A stretch of 58,936 nt of DNA from a bacterium (GTDB lineage: Bacteria > DRYD01), in assembly GCA_039630415.1 (NCBI GenBank), contig JBCNVB010000004.1, forward strand, positions 1-58,936. The letters run 5' to 3'. Shown here piece by piece: positions 42,916 through 54,718 of this stretch. Position 1 is the stretch's first letter; the number at the start of each line of letters is the position of its first letter. Below the pieces are notes generated by a model. That model had not been told where the DNA came from, did not search any database, and saw only the letters and a list, made by a program, of their open reading frames with translations. The translations under genes and the position numbers were made by a program.

Positions 42916-44355
42916 TTATTTTTTTACTCTGAAGACTTCTCTGGGGTTTACTGCTATTAAATATGCATTCATTTGTTTTAGAATATCGAGCACTACTCCT
43001 ACTATTATTAGCATTGAGCTTCCACTTATGTAAAGTCCTACTAAACCACCTAGTGATAGTTCTTGTATACCTGTTATTTTTGAAACTACAAAATTTACGA
43101 AATACATTATGTAAGGTGGTAGAATAGTTATCATGGATAGTGCTAATCCTCCGATGAAGGCTAATCTATATAGTGTATTTTCCAGGAAGTTTTTAGTTGA
43201 TTGACCAGGTTTGATTCCTCTTATTACTGCTCCTGACTTGTTAAGATAGTCTGTTAAGTCATCAACGTTAATTACTATGAATGTATAAAAGTATGAGAAT
43301 AGTATAATCAGTGATGCATAAACTATTGAGTGCCATATATTCCATCCTAGAGTATTTAGGAAGGTTTTTAGTATTTCTGGATTAAGCTCTGTAGGTATTA
43401 CTAAATTTGGTGGTACTATGGTTTGATACAGGAATTTTAAAACAGGGTTAGTTGAAAAAGTCTCTTGGTTAACTCCGAAAGATTGAAGGATTGTTATGGG
43501 GAAGTATAGTAGAGCTACTGCGAATATTATAGGCAGTACTCCAGCTGATATAAGAGGTAGAGGTAAGAAAGTGCTTTTTTGCTGAACTAGTTTGTTACCA
43601 GCTATTATTCTCTGTGTTAACATTATTGGTATTTTCCTTATTGATAGGGACAAGAAGGATACTACTGCTATAAAGAGTAGGAAGAAAAATATCTGAACTG
43701 CTGCTATAATTATAATATTTATGGGGCTTTGACCGATATTGAATGTTTCTAGAATGTAGGATGGTAATCTAAATAGGATTGAGATAAATATTATTACTGA
43801 GCTACCATTACCTATTCCTTTTTCGTTTATTTGATCTGCTAGCCACATTATGAATACGCTGCCTGCTATAAGGGATACTACTACTGTTAGTAGGCCTATG
43901 AAGGTATTGTTTGCAAATACTGCGGGATTAGCTTTATTAATCGCTGATACTGCAAAAAAAGATTGCAAAGTTGCTATTGCGATTGCGAGCCATTTAGTGT
44001 AAAAGTTTATTTTTTTTCTTCCTTCTTCTCCGTAATCTTTTTGTAAGCTTTTGAGTTGAGGTATACTTGCTATTAGTAGTTGCATTATGATTGCAGCATC
44101 TATGTAGGGTATTATTCCTAATGATATTATTGAGAAGTTATATAGTGCTCCACCTGTAAAAATACCGAAAAATGTGAATATTGTACCTTGATTTGTTATA
44201 AATTGTCGCCAGACTTCTAAGTTAACTCCTGGGGCTACTATGTTAGTTAGAATTACGAAAGTTGCTGTAGCATATATTAGAAATCTTATTCTATTTATTA
44301 ATTCTCTGTATTGAACGCTTTCGTATATTTTTTGCAGCTTAGGTTGAGTACTCAT
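42916..44355 (-). CDS. secY: Preprotein translocase subunit SecY
   Basis: SIISLGIIPYI.A.IIMQLL, G.EGRKK, WLADQINEKGIGNGSS, RKIP, AGVLPIIFA, GIKPG..T. Confidence 0.93.
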   Translation of the reverse strand: MSTQPKLQKIYESVQYRELINRIRFLIYATATFVILTNIVAPGVNLEVWRQFITNQGTIFTFFGIFTGGALYNFSIISLGIIPYIDAAIIMQLLIASIPQLKSLQKDYGEEGRKKINFYTKWLAIAIATLQSFFAVSAINKANPAVFANNTFIGLLTVVVSLIAGSVFIMWLADQINEKGIGNGSSVIIFISILFRLPSYILETFNIGQSPINIIIIAAVQIFFFLLFIAVVSFLSLSIRKIPIMLTQRIIAGNKLVQQKSTFLPLPLISAGVLPIIFAVALLYFPITILQSFGVNQETFSTNPVLKFLYQTIVPPNLVIPTELNPEILKTFLNTLGWNIWHSIVYASLIILFSYFYTFIVINVDDLTDYLNKSGAVIRGIKPGQSTKNFLENTLYRLAFIGGLALSMITILPPYIMYFVNFVVSKITGIQELSLGGLVGLYISGSSMLIIVGVVLDILKQMNAYLIAVNPREVFRVKK

Positions 44356-45262
44356 TGAAATGTTTTGCTATGTTGTATTTTTTTAGCTCTAATTTATTTA
44401 GTTCTATAGTTTGCAACGTTAGTCCTTCTAAGAGTGTAAGAAGGGATATCTTTAATGATTGTGTTTCTAGCTTAGAAAGTAAACTATTTATAAACCAAAG
44501 GGCTGTCTTTACACTTTTCTCTCTTTCTCTCAAAATAGGGTAGATTAGTGCTATATCTTCATCTTTTAGGGGTTGTATTTTTCTGTAAAATTTTATTAAC
44601 TCTTGAGTTTTAATTTGATATATTTGCTTTCTTGGATTTTTAATTTTTCTAATTGCTAGTAATGTAGATATAAAGCTTCCGCCGGTAAGAATTAGATCAG
44701 TTTTAGTTTGCAGCAGTTTATAAAATGATATAAAATCGTCTACTTCATTGAGATTTATATATTTAGATAGGCATCCAAATTTATACAAAAATTTGTGATA
44801 TTTTTGGTTTATTTTGGTTGTTATTTGTGTACTACCTCCACCCATATCTATGAGAGTATATTCAGGAATATACATTTCTAATGCTTTAGCTGTAAGAATT
44901 GATTCTTCTTCTTGATTTAGGATTTCGAACTTAATTTGTTGATTAGTAAAATCTTTCAACTTTTGTAGATACTTTTCGTTTATTTCTATGATGTAATCTT
45001 TTTGATTTGATGATCTATAAAACTCAGTACCTACTGCTCTTATTAGTGTTTGTTTTTTTCTTTTGGACTTTAGAATTTCATATAGACAGTCTATCATTAA
45101 TGACAACTTCTCTTCGTACTTTTCTAGTTTTAATTCTTCATTTATTTTATGGACAATTGAGTATTTTTTTACATATTTAAGGGTTTTATTAGCATAGATA
45201 GAAACCAGAAATTTGTTTGAATTACTTCCAAAATTTATTACACCGATTAGTATCTGAGACAT
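44339..45262 (-). CDS. Ppx/GppA family exopolyphosphatase-like protein
   Basis: INFGSNS, VGTE..R, IL..EEES, IDMGGGSTQ, TGGS, LLEG. Confidence 0.82.
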   Translation of the reverse strand: MSQILIGVINFGSNSNKFLVSIYANKTLKYVKKYSIVHKINEELKLEKYEEKLSLMIDCLYEILKSKRKKQTLIRAVGTEFYRSSNQKDYIIEINEKYLQKLKDFTNQQIKFEILNQEEESILTAKALEMYIPEYTLIDMGGGSTQITTKINQKYHKFLYKFGCLSKYINLNEVDDFISFYKLLQTKTDLILTGGSFISTLLAIRKIKNPRKQIYQIKTQELIKFYRKIQPLKDEDIALIYPILREREKSVKTALWFINSLLSKLETQSLKISLLTLLEGLTLQTIELNKLELKKYNIAKHFNEYST

Positions 45263-45423
45263 AATAATGTTTTTTATTTATTTTGCTTGTTTTACCTTTT
45301 CTATCGGTTGGCTTTTCACTATGAGTTATTTATTTTTATTCAGAAGGATGTTTGAAAGTTTTATAAAATAGTTTTATAAAAATCCCTTTATACTATAAAA
45401 AAATGGGGATGGAGGTAGGAAAA

Positions 45424-46233
45424 ATGCGAGAAATGGTTAGATTTATATTAGCAATTTTTATAATAATGTGCACTATTACTCCTATATTTGCCCAAGATTA
45501 CTTTAGGTATAATACCGTTAATATTAGAAACAATAAGTATTCGTTTAACATAAGTTTATGGAATACTAAGTTAACAGGAGAATTATTTGCTTCTTCTAAT
45601 TCATTTACTACTAGTTTGCAGGATGATTTGGGATTCGCGAGATATAAGGGATCCATACTTATAGATTTCAATTACAACCTTTCAAATATAAATAGTGTTG
45701 GATTTTCTATGTTCTTTACCTCACATAGAGCAGTTAGGACCTTGACAAGAGATATAACCCTACCTGCTACACCTAACGATGTTTCAATAAGTTCTGGAAC
45801 TACTGTATCCAGCAGCGTAAGATATTCTAGTATAGATATTTTCTACAGACAATATCTAACAAGGGAAGAAAGGTATGAATTTTATGGTACTACTGGTTTT
45901 AGACTTAATAACATGAAAGGTACTTTTTGTGGAAGTAACGTAGGTGCAGGTGTTGATTTTGATACACCTTTCATGTTCTTAGGCTTAGGAGGAAGTTTCC
46001 TACTGTCTGATAACTTCAGAACTAACTATAACCTCAAAGGGTTAAGCATATCCATGGGCGGGGAAAGAATAAGTTTTATAGAGTATCAACTAGACATAGA
46101 ATATGGTATAACATCCAACTGGGGAGTAACAATTGGATATAAATACAACAACACAAAATTTAATGATGATTTGGGAAAATACATGAAATATAGATATGAA
46201 GGTATGGTTTTTGGTGTATCAGGAAGATTTTAA
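45424..46233 (+). CDS. Outer-membrane beta-barrel protein
   Basis: Signal peptide, alternating aromatic/Gly strands, C-terminal Phe (GVSGRF). Confidence 0.75.
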   Translation: MREMVRFILAIFIIMCTITPIFAQDYFRYNTVNIRNNKYSFNISLWNTKLTGELFASSNSFTTSLQDDLGFARYKGSILIDFNYNLSNINSVGFSMFFTSHRAVRTLTRDITLPATPNDVSISSGTTVSSSVRYSSIDIFYRQYLTREERYEFYGTTGFRLNNMKGTFCGSNVGAGVDFDTPFMFLGLGGSFLLSDNFRTNYNLKGLSISMGGERISFIEYQLDIEYGITSNWGVTIGYKYNNTKFNDDLGKYMKYRYEGMVFGVSGRF

Positions 46234-46268
46234 CAAATATAATAACCACAAAAAGAGAGGTGAAATAA

Positions 46269-47171
46269 ATGAAGATTAGATCAGTAACAATGATAGTTAG
46301 TATAATTATAATGGTTTTCATGATGGTTACTAACATTGCTTTGTCTTACCAAGGGGGTATATATGAGCCTAAAGAACCACCGTTTTATAGAGGTTTTGAA
46401 ATTAGAATAAAGGGGTGGGCTTCTCAACTCACAGGAACTACTTCCTTTAATCCTAATGCAAGTTATAGCACAACAAGAGGTACTAGCTTTTCATTTCCAA
46501 ATACTTTTGATCTAAAAAATGTATATGGTTTTGGAGGAACTAGAACTTCCATACAAATAGAGGCAAGAAAAGAAATAAACGAAAACTCTTTTGCAAACAT
46601 ATGCTATTTCGCAGATACTCGAGAATCCCGTGTAAACTTAACTTCTGATGTGGCTTTTGTATGGAATCAAAAATCTCAACCTAGTGATACTACCCCAGGA
46701 ATAACATACTTGCCTCAAGGAACCGAACTATCAACTACAATTAAGATAAATACATTCGAGATAGGATATGGCTACTACATAGGTAAAAAATATCAAAAAG
46801 GTTATCTAGCTGCCTTGGTAGGGTTAAGATTTAACAATATTGCTATTGATTGGGGATATAGAGGACAAAGTATAAGTGGGGTTGACAGATATAGACGAAG
46901 AGGAGCTTCAGGATTTATAGGAATTGACGGTAGATACATGTTCAGTGATAATGTATCAGGCTACATCAAAATAAATGGTGGTGTAGTTGGGGGAGCAGGT
47001 AACAGAATAGGACAGTTTGAATACGAAATAGGCACTACCATAAAAATTACAGAACAACTGTCTGCAGAAATAGGATACAAATACGCAGATATTAAAGCTA
47101 GAGAAGAAATAGGTAGTAAAATAGCTATCAAACTACAAGGTATTAACGGAGGACTAGTATTTAAATTTTAA
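46269..47171 (+). CDS. Outer-membrane beta-barrel protein (paralogue of upstream gene)
   Basis: Signal peptide, same strand pattern (W...L.G, IGYKY), C-terminal GLVFKF. Confidence 0.75.
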   Translation: MKIRSVTMIVSIIIMVFMMVTNIALSYQGGIYEPKEPPFYRGFEIRIKGWASQLTGTTSFNPNASYSTTRGTSFSFPNTFDLKNVYGFGGTRTSIQIEARKEINENSFANICYFADTRESRVNLTSDVAFVWNQKSQPSDTTPGITYLPQGTELSTTIKINTFEIGYGYYIGKKYQKGYLAALVGLRFNNIAIDWGYRGQSISGVDRYRRRGASGFIGIDGRYMFSDNVSGYIKINGGVVGGAGNRIGQFEYEIGTTIKITEQLSAEIGYKYADIKAREEIGSKIAIKLQGINGGLVFKF

Positions 47172-47251
47172 TAGCTATACTTAGACTACCTTGCTACGCT
47201 TATCTTGCTACTAAAAATCTCTGTAGGCTAAAATGAATATGTAGTATCTTT

Positions 47252-50200
47252 GTGGGTACTTTTATTACAAATCAAAAACAAGACGGTGAAGAAATAACCC
47301 TAGAAAAAAGATTAAGATCTCTTATACCTCTTTCTTCAGAAATTAAGATTCTTGTTGGATTTTTCTACTTCTCAGCTATACCTGAAATTTATAAACCTTT
47401 GAAAGAAATTAGTAATGAACTTAAAGAAGGGCAAATCAAAATACTTGTAGGACTTGATATTGACAAAGGAATACACGGTATATATGAAGTATCAAAGAAG
47501 TACGATAGTATTGATCAAACTCGAATAAAGCAGAGTCTATTTGATTCTCTTAAAACAATTTTCCGTCATAGAGATTTTGATAAACAAGATGTATATGAAC
47601 GAATTGAATTATTTCTAAGGTTGCTAGTAGAAAGAAAAATAGTCCTTAAAAAGACTCCAAAACCGAATCATGCCAAGCTGTATCTATTTAAAATAAGGGA
47701 GCCAGATTCTAATCTCATTCCATGTTTATTTATCACTGGTAGTAGTAATTTGACAAGAGCTGGTTTAGAATCTCAAGAGGAATTTAATGTAGAGATCAAA
47801 GATTATGGATTTAAAGAAGCTGAAGAATATTTTGATAATCTTTGGAATCAGGCGGTTGAATTCGATGAACAGGATATTACAAAAATAGTTGACATAGTTA
47901 ACAATCAGACATTTTTCAGAAAAATATCACCTTTTGAAGCATATGCATATGTTTTAAAAAGCTATGTAGATTCTTTATCAGGAATAGAGTTAAATGAGGA
48001 TATAACTCATCTTTTGGAAAGAAAAGGTTACAAGATATACAATTATCAGATAGATGCTGTAAGGCAAGCTGTTTTATGTTGTCAAATGCATAATGGGGTT
48101 TTAATAGCTGATGTTGTTGGTCTTGGGAAAAGTATCATAGCTTGTCTCGTAGCAAAAGTTCTAGCAAAGAAGGGCATAGTTATTTGTCCTCCTTATTTGA
48201 TTGGTGATGAAAACAAAACTTCAGGTTGGAGAAAGTATATAGACGATTTTGAGCTTTGGGGATGGGATGTCAGAAGTTTAGGTAAGCTTAAGGAAACTCT
48301 AGAATACGTAAGAAGTAGACCTGATATTCAAATTGTAATAGTTGATGAAGCTCATAGATTCAGGAATGAAAATACTGAAAGTTATCATCTTTTGCGTGAG
48401 ATTTGTAGAGGAAAAATTGTGATCTTGCTATCTGCTACCCCCTTTAATAACAAACCATCTGATATTTTTTCTCTTATAAAGCTATTTACTATACCGAAAA
48501 AATCTTCAATTGTTTTCGATGAAAATTTGAAACAAAAATTTGATGAGTATGAAAATTTATTCAAGGATTTGGCATATATAAAAAACTACTATAATAGCAG
48601 TAGCAAGGAAAATTCTGAGCGTGCTAGGAAAAAGTATCAAAGAATTTTTAGCGATAATAAAGTTGACATAAAAAAGGTTACACGAAAATCCGAAGAGTTA
48701 GCTAGAAAAATAAGAAATATTCTTGAACCAGTAGTTATAAGAAGAAATAGGCTAGATTTGAGATATTATCAACAAGATATTGATTTACCTGAGGTTGAAG
48801 ATCCTATAAAAGAGTTTTTTGAATTATCTCCTGATCAATCAAGATTTTATGATGAAGTTATAGAATCTTTTGATGTAGGTTGGGAAAAGGGTAAGTTCAA
48901 AGGAGCAGCTTATCTACCAATACTTTATGAAAAAGGATTACTTTCTTCTTCTCTCGAAGATGAAGAAATTACTAAGCAATTCAAAGAAGATGATAATTTC
49001 CTTTTTCTCTATCAGAAAAACCTGTATAACTTAATGAGAAGGTTATTGGTTAAAAGATTTGAAAGTAGTTTCAACGCCTTTTATACAAGTATCCAGAGAT
49101 TCATTAAATTCCATGAAATTGCTATAGATTTCGTTAAAAAGACAAACAGATATATTTTGGATAAAAAACTCCTAGAACAAGTTAGTTCGTTAGAATATGA
49201 TGAGATTGAGGAAAAATTGATAGAGTATCAAAAAGAACTAGAAAAACTTAATAATGGCTCTTCCTCATATCATAAGGTATACGATTTAAATAAAAATGAG
49301 TTTGTAAAGAAGAAGGAATTCATTGATGATCTTGAAAATGATCTACAGCTTTTTAGAAACCTTAAGGAAAAAATGGAAAAGCTTAATCTTATGTCTAATG
49401 ATCCCAAGATAGAAAAGTTGAAAATGAAAATAAAAGAGTTTATCGATCATAAATACAAGATTGTTGTTTTTACCGAGTATATTGATACAGCTGAGTACGT
49501 GTATAACAGTCTTCTTAACTCCGACTTTGGTAAATACACTATAAAAGGTTATGGTAATCTGAGTGAAAACGAAATGAGAATGATATACAAAAACTTTGAT
49601 GCGCAATATCCTAATCAACAGGATGATTTCCATATTCTCGTTGCTACCGATAGACTATCTGAGGGTGTCAATTTAAATAGAGCGGGTGTAGTTATAAATT
49701 ATGATATTCCATGGAATCCTGTAAGAGTTATACAAAGGGTAGGGAGAATAAATAGAATTGGAAAGAAAGTTTATTCAAAGATATACATTGTCAATTTCTT
49801 TCCCACGGAAAAGGGAGCTGATATAGTTAGATCACATGAAATAGCGTCTACCAAAATGTTTATGATACATAAAATTTTGGGGGAAGATTCTAAGATACTA
49901 GACCCTGATGAAGAACCCAAACCATCTCTACTTTACGAGAAAATGAATACTTATCCAGAAGAAAAAGAAGAAAGTTTTTTAACCAAAGTAAGAAAAGAGT
50001 ACGATAGGATAAAAACGCAGTATCCTGAGATAATTAATAAAATATCAGATTTTCCTCCAAGAGTGAAAGTTTCTAAACTTGGTGAAAAAAATGAGCTGGT
50101 AGTTTTTGTAAAAAGGAATAAAGATATTTTTATTCGCTATATAGATTATGACCGTGCTAGTCCTTCAACAGTTTCCTTTGAAGATGTTTTCGATAAAATA

Positions 50201-50656
50201 AAATGTGACTATGATACTCCTTCCCTTAAAATGAGTAAAGATTTTTGGAAATATTATCAGATGACTTTAAATAAGTATCATTTAATCTTAAGTCATAATG
50301 CTCGTAGTAGTGCTTTAAATGTATTGCAAACTATTCTTATCAAATGGGACCAATTTCCTTTTTCAAAAGATTTTCAACAGTCACAGAAGTATAGGGAGTT
50401 TATAAAAAGGATTATTGAAGACATTAGAGAGTATGGAACCATCTCGGAATATGTTTTAAACAAAATAATTTCTTGGGGACGTATTATTAGCAACCAGCCA
50501 GAAAAATTAAAAGATCTATTACCAGAGATATCTGAAACTTTGGGGTTTGATTTCCTAGAAAGAACTATGAAGTTACAAAAGGAGTATGAAGAAGAGGTTA
50601 TAGTAGCAATAGAAAATTTATCCACTCCTGCTTATGAATCAGAGAGAAATAGTTGA
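47252..50656 (+). CDS. PLD-family nuclease fused to SNF2-type helicase (restriction-like subunit)
   Basis: N-terminal HAKLY...TGSSNLT (PLD HxK). Walker A ADVVGLGKS, DEAH, SATP, SEGVNL, YDIPWNP, QRVGRINR. Confidence 0.9.
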   Translation: MGTFITNQKQDGEEITLEKRLRSLIPLSSEIKILVGFFYFSAIPEIYKPLKEISNELKEGQIKILVGLDIDKGIHGIYEVSKKYDSIDQTRIKQSLFDSLKTIFRHRDFDKQDVYERIELFLRLLVERKIVLKKTPKPNHAKLYLFKIREPDSNLIPCLFITGSSNLTRAGLESQEEFNVEIKDYGFKEAEEYFDNLWNQAVEFDEQDITKIVDIVNNQTFFRKISPFEAYAYVLKSYVDSLSGIELNEDITHLLERKGYKIYNYQIDAVRQAVLCCQMHNGVLIADVVGLGKSIIACLVAKVLAKKGIVICPPYLIGDENKTSGWRKYIDDFELWGWDVRSLGKLKETLEYVRSRPDIQIVIVDEAHRFRNENTESYHLLREICRGKIVILLSATPFNNKPSDIFSLIKLFTIPKKSSIVFDENLKQKFDEYENLFKDLAYIKNYYNSSSKENSERARKKYQRIFSDNKVDIKKVTRKSEELARKIRNILEPVVIRRNRLDLRYYQQDIDLPEVEDPIKEFFELSPDQSRFYDEVIESFDVGWEKGKFKGAAYLPILYEKGLLSSSLEDEEITKQFKEDDNFLFLYQKNLYNLMRRLLVKRFESSFNAFYTSIQRFIKFHEIAIDFVKKTNRYILDKKLLEQVSSLEYDEIEEKLIEYQKELEKLNNGSSSYHKVYDLNKNEFVKKKEFIDDLENDLQLFRNLKEKMEKLNLMSNDPKIEKLKMKIKEFIDHKYKIVVFTEYIDTAEYVYNSLLNSDFGKYTIKGYGNLSENEMRMIYKNFDAQYPNQQDDFHILVATDRLSEGVNLNRAGVVINYDIPWNPVRVIQRVGRINRIGKKVYSKIYIVNFFPTEKGADIVRSHEIASTKMFMIHKILGEDSKILDPDEEPKPSLLYEKMNTYPEEKEESFLTKVRKEYDRIKTQYPEIINKISDFPPRVKVSKLGEKNELVVFVKRNKDIFIRYIDYDRASPSTVSFEDVFDKIKCDYDTPSLKMSKDFWKYYQMTLNKYHLILSHNARSSALNVLQTILIKWDQFPFSKDFQQSQKYREFIKRIIEDIREYGTISEYVLNKIISWGRIISNQPEKLKDLLPEISETLGFDFLERTMKLQKEYEEEVIVAIENLSTPAYESERNS

Positions 50657-53600
50657 AATAGTTCAAAATCTTGCAAGTAACTTTTCTATTAGTAATCTCA
50701 AATCTTTTATCTCTTGCAAGAAATTTAAGGAAAAGGAAGAAATATACTATCTTGATTCTGATAAGTTTACACGACCAGAAGAAATATTGGTGGTTGGTAG
50801 GCGTAAGTTAGGTTATCAAGATATTCGCGTATTTGCAATAAAGATTCCTGATTTGAATGAGAGAACTAGTAAAAAGAGACAGTATGAGTTAGCTAAAAGA
50901 ATGCTGGTAAGATTTCAGAGTGATGCTGGACTATTTTTCTTCTACAACGACCAAAAAATGTTCAGGTTTTCTTTTATTTACTCAGTTCCATTATATTTAA
51001 GAAGGCAGTATAGCTATTACAAAAGACATACTTATTTTGTCTCTCCTGATAAACCGAATAGAACATTTTGTGAAAACATGATAAAATGTAATTTTGATAG
51101 TTTAGATGAGATAAAGGAAGCTTTTTCTGTTTATCCTCTTACGAAAGAGTTTTTCACAGAAGTTAGGAATTGGTATGCTTGGATGCTTAAACTCCATAAA
51201 CAAGGTATTATACGCTTCCCTGGTGGTAAAATTGAGGAAAATTTAATTAGGCTTATTACGAGGTTAATTTTTATATGGTTTTTAAAGGAAAAAGGATTAG
51301 TTCCTGAAAGCATTTTTGATCCTGATTTTCTTAGCACGGTTGTTAAGAATTTTGCTAAAGATAGCAATTATTACAATGTTATTTTGCAGAATTTATTTTT
51401 TGCCACTCTTAATACGGAAGTAAGTGAAAGAAGATTTGCAGAAAATGGTGATTTTCTCATAAATCGAAATCATTTTGGTGTAAAAAATCTGTATAGATAC
51501 CAGGACAAACTTCTAATTTCTACAGAGGATTTCATTGATATTTTTAAATCTGTTCCGTTTATTAATGGTGGTCTGTTTTTATGTTTGGATGATGATAATG
51601 AATATATTGATGGATTTAGCCGTAATGAAAAGAAAAGGGCTGTACTACCTGATTTCGTATTTTTCAGTGATTATAGAAATGAAGATCTATCGGATTTCTA
51701 CGGAGAAAGTAAAATACAAAAGGTTAGAGGTTTAATCAATACTTTTAAGGACTATAACTTTACTGTTGATGAATCTTCACCGATAGATGTAGAGGTTTCA
51801 CTTGATCCGGAGCTTTTAGGTAATGTTTTCGAAAATTTATTGGCTTGTTATAATCCAGAAACTAGCACTACAGCAAGAAAATCTACGGGTTCATACTACA
51901 CCCCCAAGGAAATAGTTGACTTTATGGTTGATGAATCACTTCTAGAGTACTTAAAAGATAAAACGAGGATAGAGGAGTTAAAGTTAATCAAATTGCTTTC
52001 ATATAGTGATGATGATTTAGATTTGTCACTTGAGGAAAGGAAAAGTATAGTAAAAGCGATAGATAACTTGAAAGTATTAGATCCTGCAGTTGGTTCTGGG
52101 GCTTTTCCAGTTGGTATGCTTCATAAATTAGTTCATATCCTCAATAGAGTTGATCCAGATAACAGCCTATGGCTTGATATACAACTAGATAGAGCTAGAG
52201 AAGATATAAAAGTAGTCTCCGAATTAGGTGAAGAAATTGATATAAATGAATCTATAAAAGAAATAGAAAAGGATTTTGATGAGCTTTTGAATTATCCCGA
52301 TTATTCAAGGAAATTGTATATTATTCAAAACTGTCTATATGGTGTTGATATACAACCCATAGCGATTCAGATATGCAAGTTGAGATTCTTTTTAAGTTTA
52401 TTAGTAGATCAGAAGGTTGATTTTACGAAGCCTAATTTTGGTATAAGGCCTTTGCCTCATTTAGAGACCAAATTTGTTGCTGCAAATACTCTTATAAAAC
52501 TGGAAAGCGAGATTAATTTACAGCTTTTCACACAAGAAATAAAAAAGCTTGAAAAAGAGCTAAAACTGATATATAAGAAGCATTTTTCTGTTAAAACAAG
52601 AACCCAGAAAAAGAGGTTACAGGAAAAAGCCCAAAAAATACGTGAGAAAATGAGACATCTTTTAGAAAAGAAAAAGATAGGAAGTGAAGAAATCAAAAGG
52701 ATTGTAGAATTTGACATTTTTTCACAACATCAAGAAGCAGCTGATTGGTTCGATCACTTTTGGATGTTTGGTATCGACAGAAAATTCGATATAGTAATAG
52801 GTAATCCCCCAATATGTAAGGCAAGAAAAAATTAAAGATGTTAAGAATATTCTAAAACAACAAGGATACGAAGTTTTTGATTCCAAAGCGGATTTATATG
52901 TCTACTTTTTTGAAAAAGGAATAAACCTTCTAGAAGATGGTGGTATCTTGGCTTTTATATCTTCTAACAAATGGATGAGAGCTTCTTATGGAAAAAATCT
53001 AAGAAAAAAGTTGAAAGAAAAAAGTATACTAAAAATCATAGATTTCGGTGGATATCCTGTTTTTGAACAATCAGTAGATACCTGTATAGTTATTTTGAAA
53101 AACAAAAAATATCAAGAGAATCATGAATTTTATTTTGTTAATGTCCCATCAAACTTAAAAGATCACAAACACGCTATTAAATACATCTACGAAAATCAAA
53201 ATAGTATGAAGCAAAAAGATATGTTAACCGATATACTAGTTCTAGAAGATAGAAAAATTTTAGCAATAAAAGAAAAAATCGAAAAAATTGGTAAACCACT
53301 CAAAGATTGGAATGTAAGAATATATAGAGGTGTGTTGACAGGTTTTAACGAGGCTTTTATAATAGACACCGAGACTAGAGAAAAAATTTTGGAAAACTGC
53401 TTGACAAAAGAGGAAAGAGAAAGAACTGAAAAGATAATAAAACCGGTCTTGAGAGGAAGAGATATACAAAGATATTATTATGAATGGAAAGGGTTGTGGT
53501 TGATTGGAACATTTCCTTCTCTGAAACTAGATATAGAAAATTATCCATCTATAAAAAAATATTTTCTGGATAATTTTGATATTAGATTGCTGGAACAGTC

Positions 53601-54129
53601 TGGTAAAAAATATCCAATGTTAGGATTTAATGCAAGAAAAAAGACAAGTAATAAATGGTTTGAGACACAGGACAATATAGCTTACTATCAGGAATTTGAA
53701 AAAGAAAAAATAATTTGGCAAGAAATGACAAGGAGACCTTCATTTAGCTATGATTCGCAAAAGTTTTATACTCTTCAAACCTGTTATATACTAACAGGTG
53801 ATAAGATTTTATTTCTTCTTGCTGTTCTTAATTCCATAGTGTCATTCTTCTATTTAACAAAAATTTGTTATTCTTTATCTGATGTTTCTAATCGCTGGAT
53901 AAAACAATATGTGGAAAGAATACCAATACCTGAAATTAGAGAGGAAAATAAAATTTTAAGTACTGACATACAAGAGCTAGCTTCAAAAATAACCAAACTT
54001 AAGCAAAGCAATCATATGTATAATACTCAAGACTTAGAAAATCAGATAGATGATCTAGTATTCAAGCTATACAATTTGACAGATGAAGAAGGAAAAATAG
54101 TGAGGAAAACAATACTATATGATCAATAG
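50634..54129 (+). pseudogene. Eco57I/TaqI-like N6-adenine methyltransferase with C-terminal TRD; +1 frameshift in NPPY
   Basis: GSYYTP and LDPAVGSGAF. Removing one A at 52811-52812 restores GNPPYVRQE..ADLYVYF and joins the two ORFs into about 1164 aa. Confidence 0.88.
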
Positions 54130-54190
54130 TAAGGGATATAAAAAAGGAATAATGCCTAGCAGGATACTACTTAGAAACTAGTGCGTAACA

Positions 54191-54718
54191 ATGGATTTTG
54201 AAGAACAACTAGTAAAACAGATAAACTTTAATCAATTTATGAGTTTTTTACCAAACCATAGGATTAAGTTCAAAAGAAAAAAGCCTGGCCAAAATAAAGC
54301 AACTTCATGATTATCTGCATGATCTTATATCTTTAAAAAAACAAGTAATGGGTTTATCTGAAAGATGGGAAGTTTTTAGTCATTTGAAAGATCAGAAGAA
54401 TACTGGTTATGTAGACTTACTATCAGATAAGCCCAAACCATTAAAATTTTACTACCTTCCGATACTTGAAAGTTTAATAGAGTTAGGAGGTAGAGCAGAG
54501 GTTGAAGAGATACTTTCCAGAGTGTTTGTTAAGGTAAAAAAAGATCTATCAGAAAAGGATCTAGGTAAAGTAGGTAAAGGAGAAATGAGATGGAGAAATT
54601 TTGCTAGATGGGCAAGAAAAAAATGGTACAAGAGGGTTTACTTTCTTCAAACTCTCCCAGAGGAATATGGGAAATAACTGAAGAAGGTAAAAAATACTAT
54701 TATGAGCATAAAAAATAA
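54191..54718 (+). pseudogene. Mrr N-terminal winged-helix domain protein, frameshifted
   Basis: YYLPILESLIELGG, RWRNFARWAR. Adding one A to the run 54617-54623 gives MVQEGLL..NSPRGIWEITEEG. The 5' region is also disrupted. Confidence 0.75.

Noticed and set aside
45358-45381. Duplicated palindrome TTTTATAAAA in the divergent ppx/OMP intergenic region
   Set aside because: Pure A/T word expected by chance at this composition.
47252-54129. Call as DISARM or BREX
   Set aside because: No drmA/drmB, pglZ or brxC recognisable in the window.
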